From the NCBI GenBank assembly GCA_010356995.1, contig ML996701.1, positions 364,963 to 428,962 on the forward strand: a stretch of 64,000 nucleotides of DNA, in the 5' to 3' direction. Under the pieces are notes generated by a model. It did not search any database, had not been told where the DNA came from, and worked only from the letters and a program-made list of their open reading frames with translations. Source of the DNA: Trichodelitschia bisporula. Taxonomy: Eukaryota. Made by a program: the position numbers and the translations under genes. This document shows, piece by piece, positions 49,773 through 62,479 of this stretch (within the stretch, counting starts at the first letter, position 1; the number at the start of each line of letters is the position of its first letter).

Positions 49773-50333
49773 GAGAGACGCACGGCGGAGTCAGTTAAGT
49801 AACAGCTCCTGCGAGCATGCACGAGACTAACAGAAGAACTAGACTTAGACGCGATCGGCCTCGGCTTACCGATATCCTCGACGAACGACTCGACTGCGAC
49901 GCTCTGGCCTTAGTTCATACCTCCTGCATGTCCTGGAACGCTCAAATAAACCCCGACCAGACTACTGGCTGGCCTAGCAGTCCCCCTGATTTTCGTTTAC
50001 ACGTGATATCACCCCAAACGTCGCGCACAATCCCCATCATCTGAGGTATCGCCACTCCGGACATAATCCAAGGGCAGCCTGAAGAGATTGTGGCCAACCT
50101 TGTCCACAAGTTTGTGGAGGGGGACGGCCACGAGTTCTTCGGGTAGGTCCCTGGCCCTGTGAATGTATGAACGAACACGATGTCGGCTCCTTTGGACGCC
50201 GGGTGGCTTCGTTCCAAGGCATAGAGAAAAGTGGACGCTTCGTGTTGGAAATTGGCTTGCTGTCTCTCTGGCAGGGCTCGGGCCTTTGAATTGCTGTCAT
50301 TTTTGTGAGGTTGATGAATACGGCTTGCTGCAC

Positions 50334-50500
50334 TATTCCCGTTTAGAGTTCCTCGTCTCATTTCCTCCAGCATGTATTCAGCATTCGTTCAGCGTTCTCA
50401 CTCTGTATATCTTTATTCCCGCTTAGAGTTCCTCGTTTCATTTCCTCCAGTATGTACTCAGCATTCGTTCAGCGTTCTCGCTCTGTATTTCTTTATTCCC
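50334..50500. repeat. Tandem duplication with 80-bp period (2 copies plus partial)
   Basis: TATTCCCGyTTAGAGTTCCTCGTyTCATTTCCTCCAG...GCATTCGTTCAGCGTTCTC.CTCTGTAT starts at 50334 and 50414. Confidence 0.92.
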
Positions 50501-51841
50501 TTACATCCCCTGTTTCATTCCTTCCTAGATGCGCAAAATCAATAGATCGTGTCCCCCTTGTCTTTCTCTCTTTGTTTTCATACCCAAAATTCACTGTCCA
50601 ATGGTTGAGAAGTGGCGAGACAGCAAAGGCAGCAAGTTGTCCAAGAATCAAAAAGACCTAGGAACCCATTTAGCAGTGTGCTCAGTGCCGCTTGTTCAAA
50701 CCATACAGTCTAGCTAGCATATGGACTCTCCTCAAGATAATATCACGCTCCTTCTTCTTCCGAGTTTCCTCACTAATGGCGTGCAACATCCACCAATCAC
50801 CCCATCCCACTGAACCCCTCAACCACTCTCTATTCACTCTCTAGTGTGTCAATCCAAAGGCGCGCAACGCCAACCAATCATCCCCACCCAAACAACTCTT
50901 CTTCCACACTCCCTTCTCTTCCAGCTATCCCAACCCAAGCCCTGCATCATCATCAACCAATAAATCCTCCTCCCCCTTCAGCCTTGCCCTCCCGACCACC
51001 CACAACCCGCACACCTCCATGTCGTCCGACAGGCAACCCATCATCCCAGAACCCCGCCCCAAGCCTTGACGTTGAAATAATCTTCTCTCGCCACCCGCCC
51101 CTCGGCCTTGGGAGCTGCAGGTGTGGGGATGGTGGGGATTCGTATCGGCCGTATCGGCCGCGGGGTGGCGGCTTGGCTGCCGGCCTGGAGCGTGGGGATA
51201 TCTCGTTTCATGGGCAAGGGGGTGGCGTGGCGTTTTGGCCCTCAGGCATGAGGAAGGAGCCCCCAGGCATGAAGAAAGAGCGCTCTCGTGGTTCGTTGAT
51301 GCCTTGATGCGGGCCTTGCTCATCGGGCCCCTTCGGCCCCCTGTACCTTCCCTCTGTCGATGCTGATAAGGAAGGTTCCTATCGTGGATATCATGATACA
51401 TGCCTTGCGCATCATGCTCAAGTTCTCAAAGACAGACGATTTTCGTCCCGTGAGTAGCGTGAGATAGGTCGTACTCATCAGGCTGCTCTTACCCGCCCCC
51501 ACCCCCGCGTCCCTCCCCCGTTCCTTGATAGCACGTTGCCTGGTTACTCCAGCGCTGCACAAATCCGTTCCCGATACAATCGTGATTGGTCGATCGTTGC
51601 TTGATATCGTGATACATGCTTTGCCATCAGGTCAGTCCGGTCTCTGAACCTCCCCTCCAGATTTCATGGATAAGGATTCTTCCCGTATCATAAATATCAT
51701 GCTACAGCCTCATCATATTCCCCAAGTCATCATAGACTAAGAAAAAAATCTCATATCATGAATATCACGCTACCCAGTTACTCCAGCCCTGTACAAAAAC
51801 CACCCTATGAAAAGACCGCTCTCTCCTCCACCCGCACCGCT

Positions 51842-52988
51842 CTAGATCTTACTCACCGCACTCCCACTATCACCCGGCGTGCCCTGCGGCGCCAGCACGG
51901 CGTCAAACTTGAGCTCCCGGGTGGCCTTGGGGTCGCCCTCGAGCGGGACAAAGTCGACGACCAGGTCGTTCTTGACCGCGAAGACAGTGTCGGTGGTGAG
52001 CCAGGGGTCGTCAGAGGGGAAGATCTGCGTGACGACCTGCTTGTAGCCCGGCGCCGAGATCATGAGATGGATGTGAGCGGGGCGCATGGGGTGGCGGCCG
52101 AGGAGGTTGAGGAGAGCGAAGGAGGGGCCTGCAAGTATCAGCAAGCTTGAACCTCTGGGGGAGGAGGAGAAGGGAACACTCACCATCCGTAGGCAGCGAA
52201 TACGCCGTCGGCCGCAGACAGTAAAACCAATACTCGCCCTTCTCATTGCAGCGAAACTTGCCGCGCAAATTATTCGGCACCTGCTTCTCCGGATCCTGGA
52301 AGTCGTACTTGCCGTTGCTGCTCGCCTGCCAGATGTCGAACACGGCGCCGGGGATGCCCTTCCCCGTGTTCAGGTCGATGACCCGACCGTGCATCTTGGT
52401 CACCAGCCCCTCGTGCGGCGACTCGATGATGCTGGCGCCATTGTCGCGAAACGGCGCGTTGGGGCTCCAGAAGGGGCCCAGGATGGAGGAGGAAGTGGGG
52501 GCGGCGCCGGATTCCGAGGCGTGCTTGTGGGCGATTTCGTCGACGAGGCTGTGGCGGGGCAGGTGATGTCAGTGGCTGTTCGGAGACTTTATTTTTTTCT
52601 GCACCCCGCAATGGCGATGCGCCCCGCGATCGCAATGCGGGGTACATCGCTACATGGCTAACGGAAGGAAGGAAGGAAGGAAGGAAGGAAGGAAGGAAGG
52701 CTCAACTCACCTCTCGAGACCTGTGATGTCGCTGATGCGGTGCATCTCGTGGCGCTTCTTGTCGCTGGTGTAGTACATATGCCCAACTTCGTCGAGGAAC
52801 TCCATGCCCGCCTTCCACTCGTCGATGGTCAGCTCGACTTCGCGCGCGAAGTCGTGCAGGTGCTTGAAGAGAGCTGTGAAGACGACGCGGTTGCGCGGCG
52901 TCACGTCGGGGCCCATTGCGTCGATGACGTTTTGTGTGAAGGTGGGGTCGAAGCGCGAGGCGCCGCTCTGTTGTTGGGAGGATGCCAT
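51842..52988 (-). CDS. prcA: Intradiol ring-cleavage dioxygenase, most like fungal protocatechuate 3,4-dioxygenase; 3 exons
   Basis: [66 protein letters not shown] and MRPAHIH (Tyr/Tyr/His/His iron ligands). The substrate call is inferred from recalled similarity to Aspergillus PrcA and from the neighbouring gene. Confidence 0.88.
52663..52700. repeat. (GGAA)9 microsatellite in intron 1 of the dioxygenase
   Basis: Perfect GGAA run, (TTCC)n on the transcribed strand, just downstream of the GTGAG donor. Confidence 0.95.
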
Positions 52989-54043
52989 TGCTGTGGTTTA
53001 ATGTGCTATCGAATACACTGAATGAAGATGAAGCTGAGATACAGCGCTGTATAATACACCGAATGAAGAAGATGAAGCAGGAGGAGTGGTGTTGACGAAG
53101 TTGATATCGGGATGAGAAAAAAGATGGGCCGAGATGCGGGGTTCGTCTTAAGGATAACAACGGTAAGCGGCAACAGCGGAATTGGGCCGGTAAGTTTATT
53201 TATGTTGCTGGGGATGACTAGCAATAAATTCACGATTAGATATCCGGAGGGTTCGGGCCTACCTCGCTCGTTCGTTTGCACCGGCAGTGTCTTCGGCTGC
53301 GGGGTTGGGACGGCATGACGCGCGGTACTGGGGTGGGGGCACGGCAAGCGGGAGCGGAAGATGAGTGCGGGGCAGAGATTTGGGGGAAGGGAGGGGCAGC
53401 ATCCACCAAACTGAGTTCCAATTGGTATACTGTGGTACACGTAGAAGAAGACTACAGCTACTTGTTCTAGACACGACCACAGCTCAAAGAACAATGTACA
53501 AACTGCTTCCTCCACAAACAGTGCAGATCAGCGAGGATTCTATAAACCTGGTCGCTATGAGAAGAATCTCTCACTCAAACAGGCCTTCCTCTCCCGTAAC
53601 CCGCTCTCGTTCTCGCACGCGAGATTGCCCGATTGAGCCAGGATGTCTCGTTGCAGTAATGAAGCCTCAAGCTCGTCTTCGCAGGGAGTGAGCGTGCAAA
53701 GCTCATCGTGGGGCTCGTCTTCGCTCTCACCAACCACCGAGCCAACTCCCGATCCCCCACACCGACACCTCCCCGCCATCTGCCCCACTGCAGCCCTGCG
53801 CCGGGTCACTCCCCGCGACAAGTGCCGGATGCGCCATCGGTCCCGGGGGAAGGGTTTACTGTACTGTAGTAGCTCGCGGAAAGATAGCGCGGGGCGACAG
53901 CTCCTTTCGTGAAGTTTGACAAACAATCTGAAAGCATCATCACTGCTTTGCTTCGTACCAATTGCGCATTTTCCAGTGGTGCCATCTGCCTCAATTGTCT
54001 TACGATCTCACAAAGCAACACTTACCCGCTGAGTCTGATCCCA

Positions 54044-55260
54044 ATGCCAGTCCACCACCTCGTAACTGGCTCCTGGACGCCGCCCGGCGCGCTCTTCACC
54101 CTCTCCTTCGACGACGAGACGCACGAACTGAAGCTGCTGAAGCGCACAGCGCTACCGGAAGATGAACCCATTTCATGGCTGACGAAAGACGTAAGCTCAG
54201 CCAAGCCATCAATTCCCCACCAATGTAGCGAAACCCCCGCTGACCACGGCCTTAGCACATCGGCCGCAACCTCTACGGCGCGGCGCTCAAACGCTGGAAT
54301 AGCCTGCGCGTAGACAGTCCGACGGACATCGTGCATGAGGGGTCTCATCCTATCGGCGGCGACCGTACGCCTCTCCCTCCCCAATCCCCAACCCATCAAA
54401 ATAGCCCAGCCTAACACCCCCCAGCATCCGCCCCCCTCTCCACAACCCGCACCCGCGCCATCTTCCTTCTCGCCGCCTCCCAACCCCCGCACGCCGTATA
54501 CTGCGCGCCCTTCTACGAGCACGCCGGCTACGGGAATGCCTTCTCCGTCTCGCCCACCGGCACCCTGGAGGCCAACATCCAAAACTTCGAGTACGCGCCC
54601 GAATCCGCAATCCACGGCGCAGTCTTCAACCCCCCGGAGACACACCTCTACAGCGCGGACATGTGGGGCGACAAGATCTGGGTGCACGTCAAAGACTCTG
54701 ACGGAACACTCACGACCGTCGGGTCAGTAGACACACCGAAGGGCACCCACCCGCGCTGGGTCGAAATGCACCCCTCCGGCACCGTCCTCTACACACTGAT
54801 GGAAGCCGCAAACACGCTCGTCGAATACACCATCCCCCCCCAAACCCACCTCCCCACCCCCACCGGCCAATCCTTCCCCCTCGTCCCCCCCTCTCTCCTC
54901 TCCTCAAACCCCAAACTCTACCGCGGAGACGTCTGCGCGCTGTCCGCCTCCGCCCGCACCCTCTTCGCCACGACGCGGAGCAACGACCGCAACACCCCAG
55001 GCTTTATAACCGCGCTAGCAGTAGGACCGGATGGGCGGATTACGCAGCAGCGCACGTTGCAGCACACACTCAGTTCGGGCGGGCACTCGAATGCCGTCGT
55101 GCCGGCGCCGTGGGACGAGGGGTTGCTGGCGCTGACGGATGATGTTGAGGCTGTGGTGGAGGTGTGGCGGTGGGAGGAGGGACCGGGAGTGTTGTATCGT
55201 GTTGCGAGGGAGAAGCTCGGGCAGGATGGGGCGGGGATGAATGTTGTCTGGCTAGATTGA
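54044..55260 (+). CDS. cmcA: Carboxy-cis,cis-muconate cyclase (7-bladed beta-propeller lactonase family), 3 exons
   Basis: MPVHHLVTGSWTPPGALFT...PEDEPISW, IHG, HPRWVEMHPSG, LMEA and SSGGHSNAV. Closely resembles the Neurospora crassa CMLE sequence as recalled. Confidence 0.9.
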
Positions 55261-56490
55261 GCGCGGGTGGGGAGAGGAGCGACCAAGACGTACCGTAGAA
55301 CTGGAGGATAGCTCGCCGGCATAGCTCGCCGGTGAGTGACGGCGGCGGGCGGGCGGTCGGCATATACCCACCGCACCTTCCCCGCCACCAGATCGCACAC
55401 CTACTCCGCAATCTCAAGCCCTTTCAATCAGCGCCCCCGTCCAGCTTCCTAACGAACGCAGCGAAGTGACGGAAGCACACCGCCCCAGCGTAGCACTATC
55501 AGAGTGACTCAGTACGCACTGGAGACGGAGGCGCGGCGGTCGGTATGCTCGCAGCGTCGCAGTGAAATGCGGTCACCCCCTATACCCCGCCGCCCCCTCC
55601 GTCACTACTCCCTCACTTCCCCACGTCGCACAGCAGCCCCGCCTCGCCGTATCACAGGAACGCTCGCACAGATCCGTCTGTGCACAAACGCGCGCCCTTC
55701 CCGCGCCCGTACGCCCGCGGGCATGCGCTAACGGTGACGACGTCGGCTGTGCAGTGTGATCCGTCTCGCAGTGTTCGGGCCGAAAACATCAGAAGGTCGA
55801 GGTCGGCTGGGCTTCGGGCGCAGTACAGCTTCCGGTTCACTATGGGCAGATGGCACAGTCGGCCTTTGTTGTGAGATGCTTCATTCATACAGGCGGGCTA
55901 TATACTCTCTCCCCTTCATCCCGCCGTCCCCTCAAAGTCGCGGCCCGAGCTACTGTACAAACCCCCTTCATGCAAACCGCTCGTACATTACTTTTGAATC
56001 TTCAGAGCTTCTGCACACATGCAGACACTCATGCCCGTGGCGTCAAGGCAGCCTTACTGCCCCGCCCTTACAAAAAAGCAAACGCGCCCGCCAAACCCAT
56101 GCCGATCTCCGGATATAAACCTCAAGCCCCCTCGAGGCCCTCTTCAAAGTCCGAACCCGCGAAGTCCATAGAAGCATGAAGCGCAATCCGTGTGAACCGT
56201 CCCCTGTCCCACCTCCTTTCCAGTATGATAGTGCCGGCCCACTTGGTATCCTCGAGTACCCAAAAGGGATCATCTTCTCCCATCCCATGTCATCCATACC
56301 TCATCCGAGCGCTTCGAACGAGGACGCCCACGCAAACCAGTGAAGAAAGAAGCAGCCCCCAATGCAAGAAACCACAAGTCCACTCATCTTTGAAACCACA
56401 TGCCGTAGTCCCTGTAAAAAGTTCAAACCGAAACGCCGGCCAGAAGTGCTGCAGAGCCAGATACCCATCGTACGAGAGAGAAAAGAGGCA

Positions 56491-58718
56491 TTAGCTGACC
56501 GTCTTCCCCCCGCAATTAGGAATCTGCACGCCCTTCTTCAAGTTGCGATCAATGTCGAACAATCCCCATTTGTCCTCCCACTCCTTGCCAGGCGTGTTGT
56601 ACTGGGTCTTCCACGGCTCGTCAAACGCCTCGAACCTGTCACATCATCAGTAAACCATCCAAGACCGCTCTCAACAGCGCCAAAAACTCACCAGAAGTAA
56701 TCCGTCCCATTCGACAACGCTTGACAAACCCAGTCGTTCATCAGCCTATTCATCCCATCAATCCCGGCAATCGCGCCCTCCGTCTTGCTCGTACAATTCG
56801 ACATGCCGCAATCACTCCCGCCTGCACTCGGCCAGCCAAACTCGCTGATGATGTGGGACTTCCCCGTCATCCCCGCCGTGACCTTGACATCATGTTCCTG
56901 CCAGAACGTGTAGCTCCACGCCGCGGCCTGCTCGACCGCAACGCCGCCAAAGAACGGGTGCACGTTGGACATGATCACATCAACCTCTTCCGCGAGCGGG
57001 GCCGTCCAGTTATCTCCGAGGTCCGACGTAGCGAGTGGGAGGTTGTACCCGTTGCTCGTCAGGTTCGCCTTGACGCCGCGCAGCACCGTGGCCAGCTGGG
57101 ACTCGCTCAGGTCCTTGCGGAAGAGCACTTCGTTGCCGACCACAACGCCCTTGAGGTGCGTCGTACCGTAAGAGCCGAGGATGGTCCACATCTGTGCCAG
57201 CTGGCGGGCGTTTGTCGTCGCATTGTTGCCGAGCCACACACCGAGCCACACCTTCATGTCCTTGAGCTCCAGCCGGTCGATGGCGTGCAGCACCATCTCT
57301 GTCTGGTTGCAGTCCGTGCCGTACAGCCGGACAACGTTCGTGATCTGCGATAGTACCGCCATGTCACGTGTGACGTTGTTCTGGCTCGGTGGCGCTGTGA
57401 GGCAGTTCGGGTATTGTGTGTTGAACGGGGTGTAGGCCATGCCAGAGAACACTTTGTGCAGGTTCGAGTTGGACATCAACGCCTTGATCTCCTTCGAGTT
57501 GGCGTCCAAATCACCCTTGCCATCGTCTGCCTGCGCCGAGCCTGAGCCTGTCTTCGCCCCACTGCTGCTTTTGCGTGTCCCGAGGAAGGCACCCGCGATG
57601 CCGCCTGCGATGCCGAGAAGAATCAGCACCAGCAGCCCAATGAGCAGATACTTCTTCCACCGCCGCTTGTCCCTGTCCTGTTCCTTGAGCCACGGCGTCG
57701 ACTTCTCCGGCCCACCCTCACCGCCAAACGCGCGGTTGACCGGCGTGTACGCGCTATGCAGTGGCGAAGTACCAACGCCCGCTGCAGCGGCGCCCGCGAG
57801 AGGGACATTGACAGCAGGATTACTGCGATTCGAGCCGCGTGCCAGGCTAACCTTTGAGTTGCGCTTCGAGGTAGGTACACCAAGCCCATCATCACCATCA
57901 TCGATGATCAAGTTCGGGTCGACATAGGCCAGAGACGGGGGAATCGGACGTGAAATCGAGTGAGCGTCATATGGGTTATCCCTGTACGTCGGGCCAGCAA
58001 GCGGACTTGCCGCCTGCGCGACCGGGGCGGTCGACCCGAACGACGAGTGCGAGCCTTGTTGCAGGCGCTGCGACGGCGCGGAGTCGGTAAGCTCGTAGTC
58101 GTTGTCCGGTGTGTGCGCGCCGGTGCCGTTACCGTTGCGGTGCGCGGCGTACCCCGCACCCGCCGCATAACCACCCGCCGCGCCGTAAAGTCCAAGGTTG
58201 CCGCCGGGCGCTGGTGAGGGTACTGACGGCGAGGCGAACGGGTCGTTCGGGGTGGCGGACCGATTGTTGTATCCGTAGGGCTCGTAAGGGCGCGGAGCGT
58301 AGGCGCGGTCCATACTCGGAGGAGCCATGCCGGGATGGAGTGGGGGAGAGGGCGACATCTGTCGGTCAGGAGAGACCTGAGCGGCCTGGGGAACGGGGAC
58401 GGGTTTGCGGGAGAAGGAGTTGCGGTTAGGATTGTAGGATGATGGTGATTGTTGCTGCGCGGGCTGGTAGGGCTGGTTGTGCTGGTCGTAGTCGCTGTGA
58501 CCGTAGTCGTAGTCGGCGTAGGGCGATGGCGCAGCCCCGTTGTCGTAGCGTTGCTGATCGTCGCGTATGTGTCCGTAATTGGAGTCCGGGTGCATGCCCG
58601 GGAGCTGGCGATGCGGCGGGGGCTGTGGAGGTCCGGCGGGCGCAGTGCGGTAGTACTCGATGTGTTGGTCGTAGCTTACCGACGGGACGTTCCTAGGAGG
58701 TCTGGCTGGAGAGGACAT
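56491..58718 (-). CDS. btgC: GH17 glucan endo-1,3-beta-glucosidase with long cytosolic N-terminus and one TM helix; 2 exons
   Basis: [50 protein letters not shown] and ISEFGWPS. Last exon FEAFDEPWK...EDKWGL, stop at 56491. Confidence 0.92.
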
Positions 58719-60706
58719 GGCGGACTTCTGTCAGGGCAGGCCGTGTCGCGCGGACAGGCAGCCTGGTGGTTCGGCGTGACGTATGTGTGGAGGGAACGAC
58801 ACGGAGTGGAAACCCTAGGAGGAGCGGAGGTGAACGGGTAAGAGTGGAGAGAGGTGTGGAGAGCTTTGAAGCTGGAATGTGCTAGACGAACGAGCGGATC
58901 AAGGAAGAAAGGGACAAAGGAAGGGGGAGAGGAATTGTAGGATGGATTGCGCTTAGAGGAGAGGGCGGCCTGCCGAGGTTTCGCAGATCGCAGGTGAGGA
59001 GGAATTGCTTGTGTGAGCTGTGGAGAAGGAAGTGGAGAAGGAAGTGGAGATGCTCGGCAACGGTGTGGATTCTTGGTGGTTGGGGTGGTTGGTGAGAGAT
59101 GATGAGGGTGAAGATGGAGAAGGAGGGAAGGGTCTGAACAGGGCACACGCTGTTACTGCGGCACACTCTGCACAGCCCGAGGGAATGAATGATGAGGCAG
59201 GGCTGGTGTACGCTGGGGCTGGTTGGCTGCTGGCCTTGGACAAGCCCCCCAGTCAAAGAGATGGGGTAGCCCCAGTGACCAGTGACCCCCCCCTTTGTTT
59301 ACACTAGTATCCTCAGCACCAACTTTGCGAGATAGATTGAACTGGAGAACCGGCCCTTTAATGTGCTGCTTCTAAGCTTCATTGCAAGTCAGGCATTCAG
59401 TCGCCCAAGTCAAGCATCCATATTGACGGTAGGTACAGTACCACTCAGAGTCATATCTGCTCTCCATTTCTTTGTTCTCTCTCCCTCCCGCTCTCTCCCT
59501 CCTTTGTTCGCCGTCGCCACCAGCCTCGCTAAACTACCAACCACCACTGGAGCCAAAGGGGATAGCATCGTGATCTAGCCTCCAGCTAGCGATATTCTAG
59601 TTCGCCAACCTCATTCAATAAACCAAGTCGCCTCGCAAAGAGGTACACACCATCTCCATCATCATTCTCTTCACCATCACTACCTTCCCGTCTTACCCAA
59701 GACTCGAAACACCCCGCTGCAATGCAAAACGTACATCACTTCCCCACACCCCAGCAACCGCAACCGCCCCCAAACCCCCGTAACAACCCTCATCAACCAC
59801 ACTCAGCCCATCCAATATTAGCCATCGTGACCACCATCCCATTCCACAGCCGCATTCTTCAAGTACTTGTAACCATCACGTACGGAGCGTACAAGCGGAA
59901 TTATCCGCGCTTCTCCTCGCATCTCGCTGAAGAACCCACCCTCAAACCCCACCCTCAACTCACTAACATTCTCCCCTCCGCGTGCCGGTCACGCCCATCC
60001 CTCCCTCCCTCTCATCTCACCTCGTTTCACCCCCATCCCCCACCAACCTACAGTACGCCAAACCCGCAACCGCAATTCTCCGCGCTTGTCTCGGGCCAGA
60101 GCCACGAACCTCGTCCTCATTAGCCGCCGGTGGGCCGAAAAGCAAGTTCCTCCACACCCGCGGCGACGTCACCGATCGCCCGTAGAAAGTCTCCGAATGC
60201 AAGGCACGGTCCTGTATTTTTTACCTATCTCAATGTGACATCATGGCGCAATCAACGTTTTGATGATAGCGACGGAAGGTCGAGTCCCGACGAGGCCTAA
60301 ACCCATGCATTCCAAGGGGAGAGGAGGGAGGGTGCTGTTCATTCCACATAACATATATACACCCGACATGGACTATGCTTGTTACCGACGCGAAGCGCGC
60401 TAGCTATCTACCTACATGCCATGCCTCAGCGTGCATTATTCACAGAACGCGTCGACGCGCCGACAACGACGTCGACATACCAATGCCAGTATCACCTCTA
60501 TGCCCAATAGTAGAGTTTTTTTTGACCTCTCACCCATCCATCCCCACCCCCATGCACCCATCAGCCGACCACCATCCATCCAGCCAGCCTCCAAGTCCGA
60601 CCGTCATAAATCATAACCTCGTCCCATTTTCCGATCCTGAAACACCGCCCCCAACAAAGCAGGAGCAACCCGACAAGAAAAATACTCATGTACAATGATG
60701 AAGGAG

Positions 60707-62479
60707 CTAAACCACATAAGCCGGTGGCGCGCCCAATGTCTCCTCCTCCGCCACTACTGCCGCCGGAGCAGCAAGTACACCACCAGAGAAAGTCGGATCT
60801 CTCGCCTGCTCTTCCTTCATCTTCCGCGCCACCTCCCGTGCTATCTTCATCATCCACGCCTGCTCCAGTATCCCACCAACCGCCTCACCGCCCGCGGGCC
60901 CGCTGCTGAAGCCACCCTTCTCCGCCGACGAAAGATTGCGCAGTAGGGGAATGGCGCTCGTAGACGGTGACCGTGTTGGCCGCGTCGGCGATCCAGGGCT
61001 GGTAGACGAGCGCGAGAGCTTTTCTCTATAGGGGAGCGACGAGGTAGACAAAGGCGAGAAGATCTGGTGTGAGGACGGGGTGTACGCTGGCGGAGGCTGG
61101 GATGGTGCACGAGTGGTGTCGACAGTCGCGAGAGGCTGTGGTGATCGCAGAACCGGTGCCTTTGCCGAAGACCTTGGCGTTGCAGGCTCGGGTGCGGCTT
61201 CGCGGTGGGATGATCCCTCGACCGTAGGTTCGACTACGGACGTGACAGCCCGCTCGGTGGACTGCACCGGCTCCGATGTAACGGACCCCGCAGAGGGGAA
61301 AACACTAGGCTCGGGGGTGGTGGTTGCTGTTTCCGTGTCGGACACGGACCCGCTCTGAGCGCCGCTTGCGTCTCCTTCTTTCGGCTTCCGCAGGTTAATG
61401 ACGCGGTTCTTGCGCTTGCGGTTGTGGGTGCGCGATCGGGGGGCGTTGTGGAAAGAGTACGATGTGGAGGGGGTGGAGCGAGCGTTGGAGTCTGAATCGG
61501 CAACGCTGCGCGATGAGACGCTGCTTAGCGATGAATTCATGCGTGATAGTGAGGGGAGAGAGTAGAGATGAGCCGGAGTCTGAGTCCCAGAGTTGTGATT
61601 GCGGTCATTCTTAGCGGCCCAGGCGCGGTAGACAGCGTCGCGGATCGTGGGCGTGAAAAGAGATAGGGTATTGTTAGCTTCCGCCAGCGACGCCAGTCGC
61701 ACCATATTCTTTTGCGAGAAGGTCGCATGCCGCTCAGACGATGAGTCGAGAGAAAACTCCGGCATCTGCTCTTCCAGCGACGTCCCAAACCAGTCAACCG
61801 GATCCAGAGGTGGGCTGGCGAGAGGATCGACAGGGATGGCGTCATCCTTGGGCTTCGCGGCCGCCTGGTCGTGCAGCTCGCTATACTCGGGCGACCACAG
61901 CCGCAGCGATAGCCTATGTAGGATAGCTGGTAGGTCCTCCATGAAGAGGTTACGAAGCTGCTTCTCGATTTCTCGCTGCAAATAGTCCCGCACGAAAGGA
62001 ATGGAGTCAAAGGTCGACGACACTTTGAGCGACTCGACGGGATCGTTACGAAAGACAATCGTAATGCCTTTCTGCTTTGAGAAAACCAGTATGACGAAGC
62101 CCGATAATCGAAACTCGGATAGCGTGATCTGTAGCGGAATCGTGAGGCCTGACGCTGCGGCCAACGGCTCCGGTGAGGCAAAGGACGGCTTTGTCGACAA
62201 GTACGTGTTCAGTGGATTCGCCTGCACTCGTGTTTTCAGCGTCAAAAAGGCATCCCCGGCGTATGTCATCTTGAAGATGCCGCGAAAGCGATCCTCTGCC
62301 AGATCCCCAATCTCCAGTATCTCGAGGTCCGGCGGGGTCTCGCCCAAGTTGAGCTCGGTGACGACAATATCATCGACTATGATCGGAGGTTTGGGCGACT
62401 TGTTTAGTGCGGCCGTCAACATCTCGCGCGCACGCGAGGTGTCGGCCATCAGCGGCGACCAGTTGAAGTTGAAGGCCAT
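60707..62479 (-). CDS. MDM34: ERMES subunit Mdm34 (SMP domain)
   Basis: [60 protein letters not shown] and C-terminal PPAY. Confidence 0.96.
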   Translation of the reverse strand: MAFNFNWSPLMADTSRAREMLTAALNKSPKPPIIVDDIVVTELNLGETPPDLEILEIGDLAEDRFRGIFKMTYAGDAFLTLKTRVQANPLNTYLSTKPSFASPEPLAAASGLTIPLQITLSEFRLSGFVILVFSKQKGITIVFRNDPVESLKVSSTFDSIPFVRDYLQREIEKQLRNLFMEDLPAILHRLSLRLWSPEYSELHDQAAAKPKDDAIPVDPLASPPLDPVDWFGTSLEEQMPEFSLDSSSERHATFSQKNMVRLASLAEANNTLSLFTPTIRDAVYRAWAAKNDRNHNSGTQTPAHLYSLPSLSRMNSSLSSVSSRSVADSDSNARSTPSTSYSFHNAPRSRTHNRKRKNRVINLRKPKEGDASGAQSGSVSDTETATTTPEPSVFPSAGSVTSEPVQSTERAVTSVVEPTVEGSSHREAAPEPATPRSSAKAPVLRSPQPLATVDTTRAPSQPPPAYTPSSHQIFSPLSTSSLPYREKLSRSSTSPGSPTRPTRSPSTSAIPLLRNLSSAEKGGFSSGPAGGEAVGGILEQAWMMKIAREVARKMKEEQARDPTFSGGVLAAPAAVVAEEETLGAPPAYVV

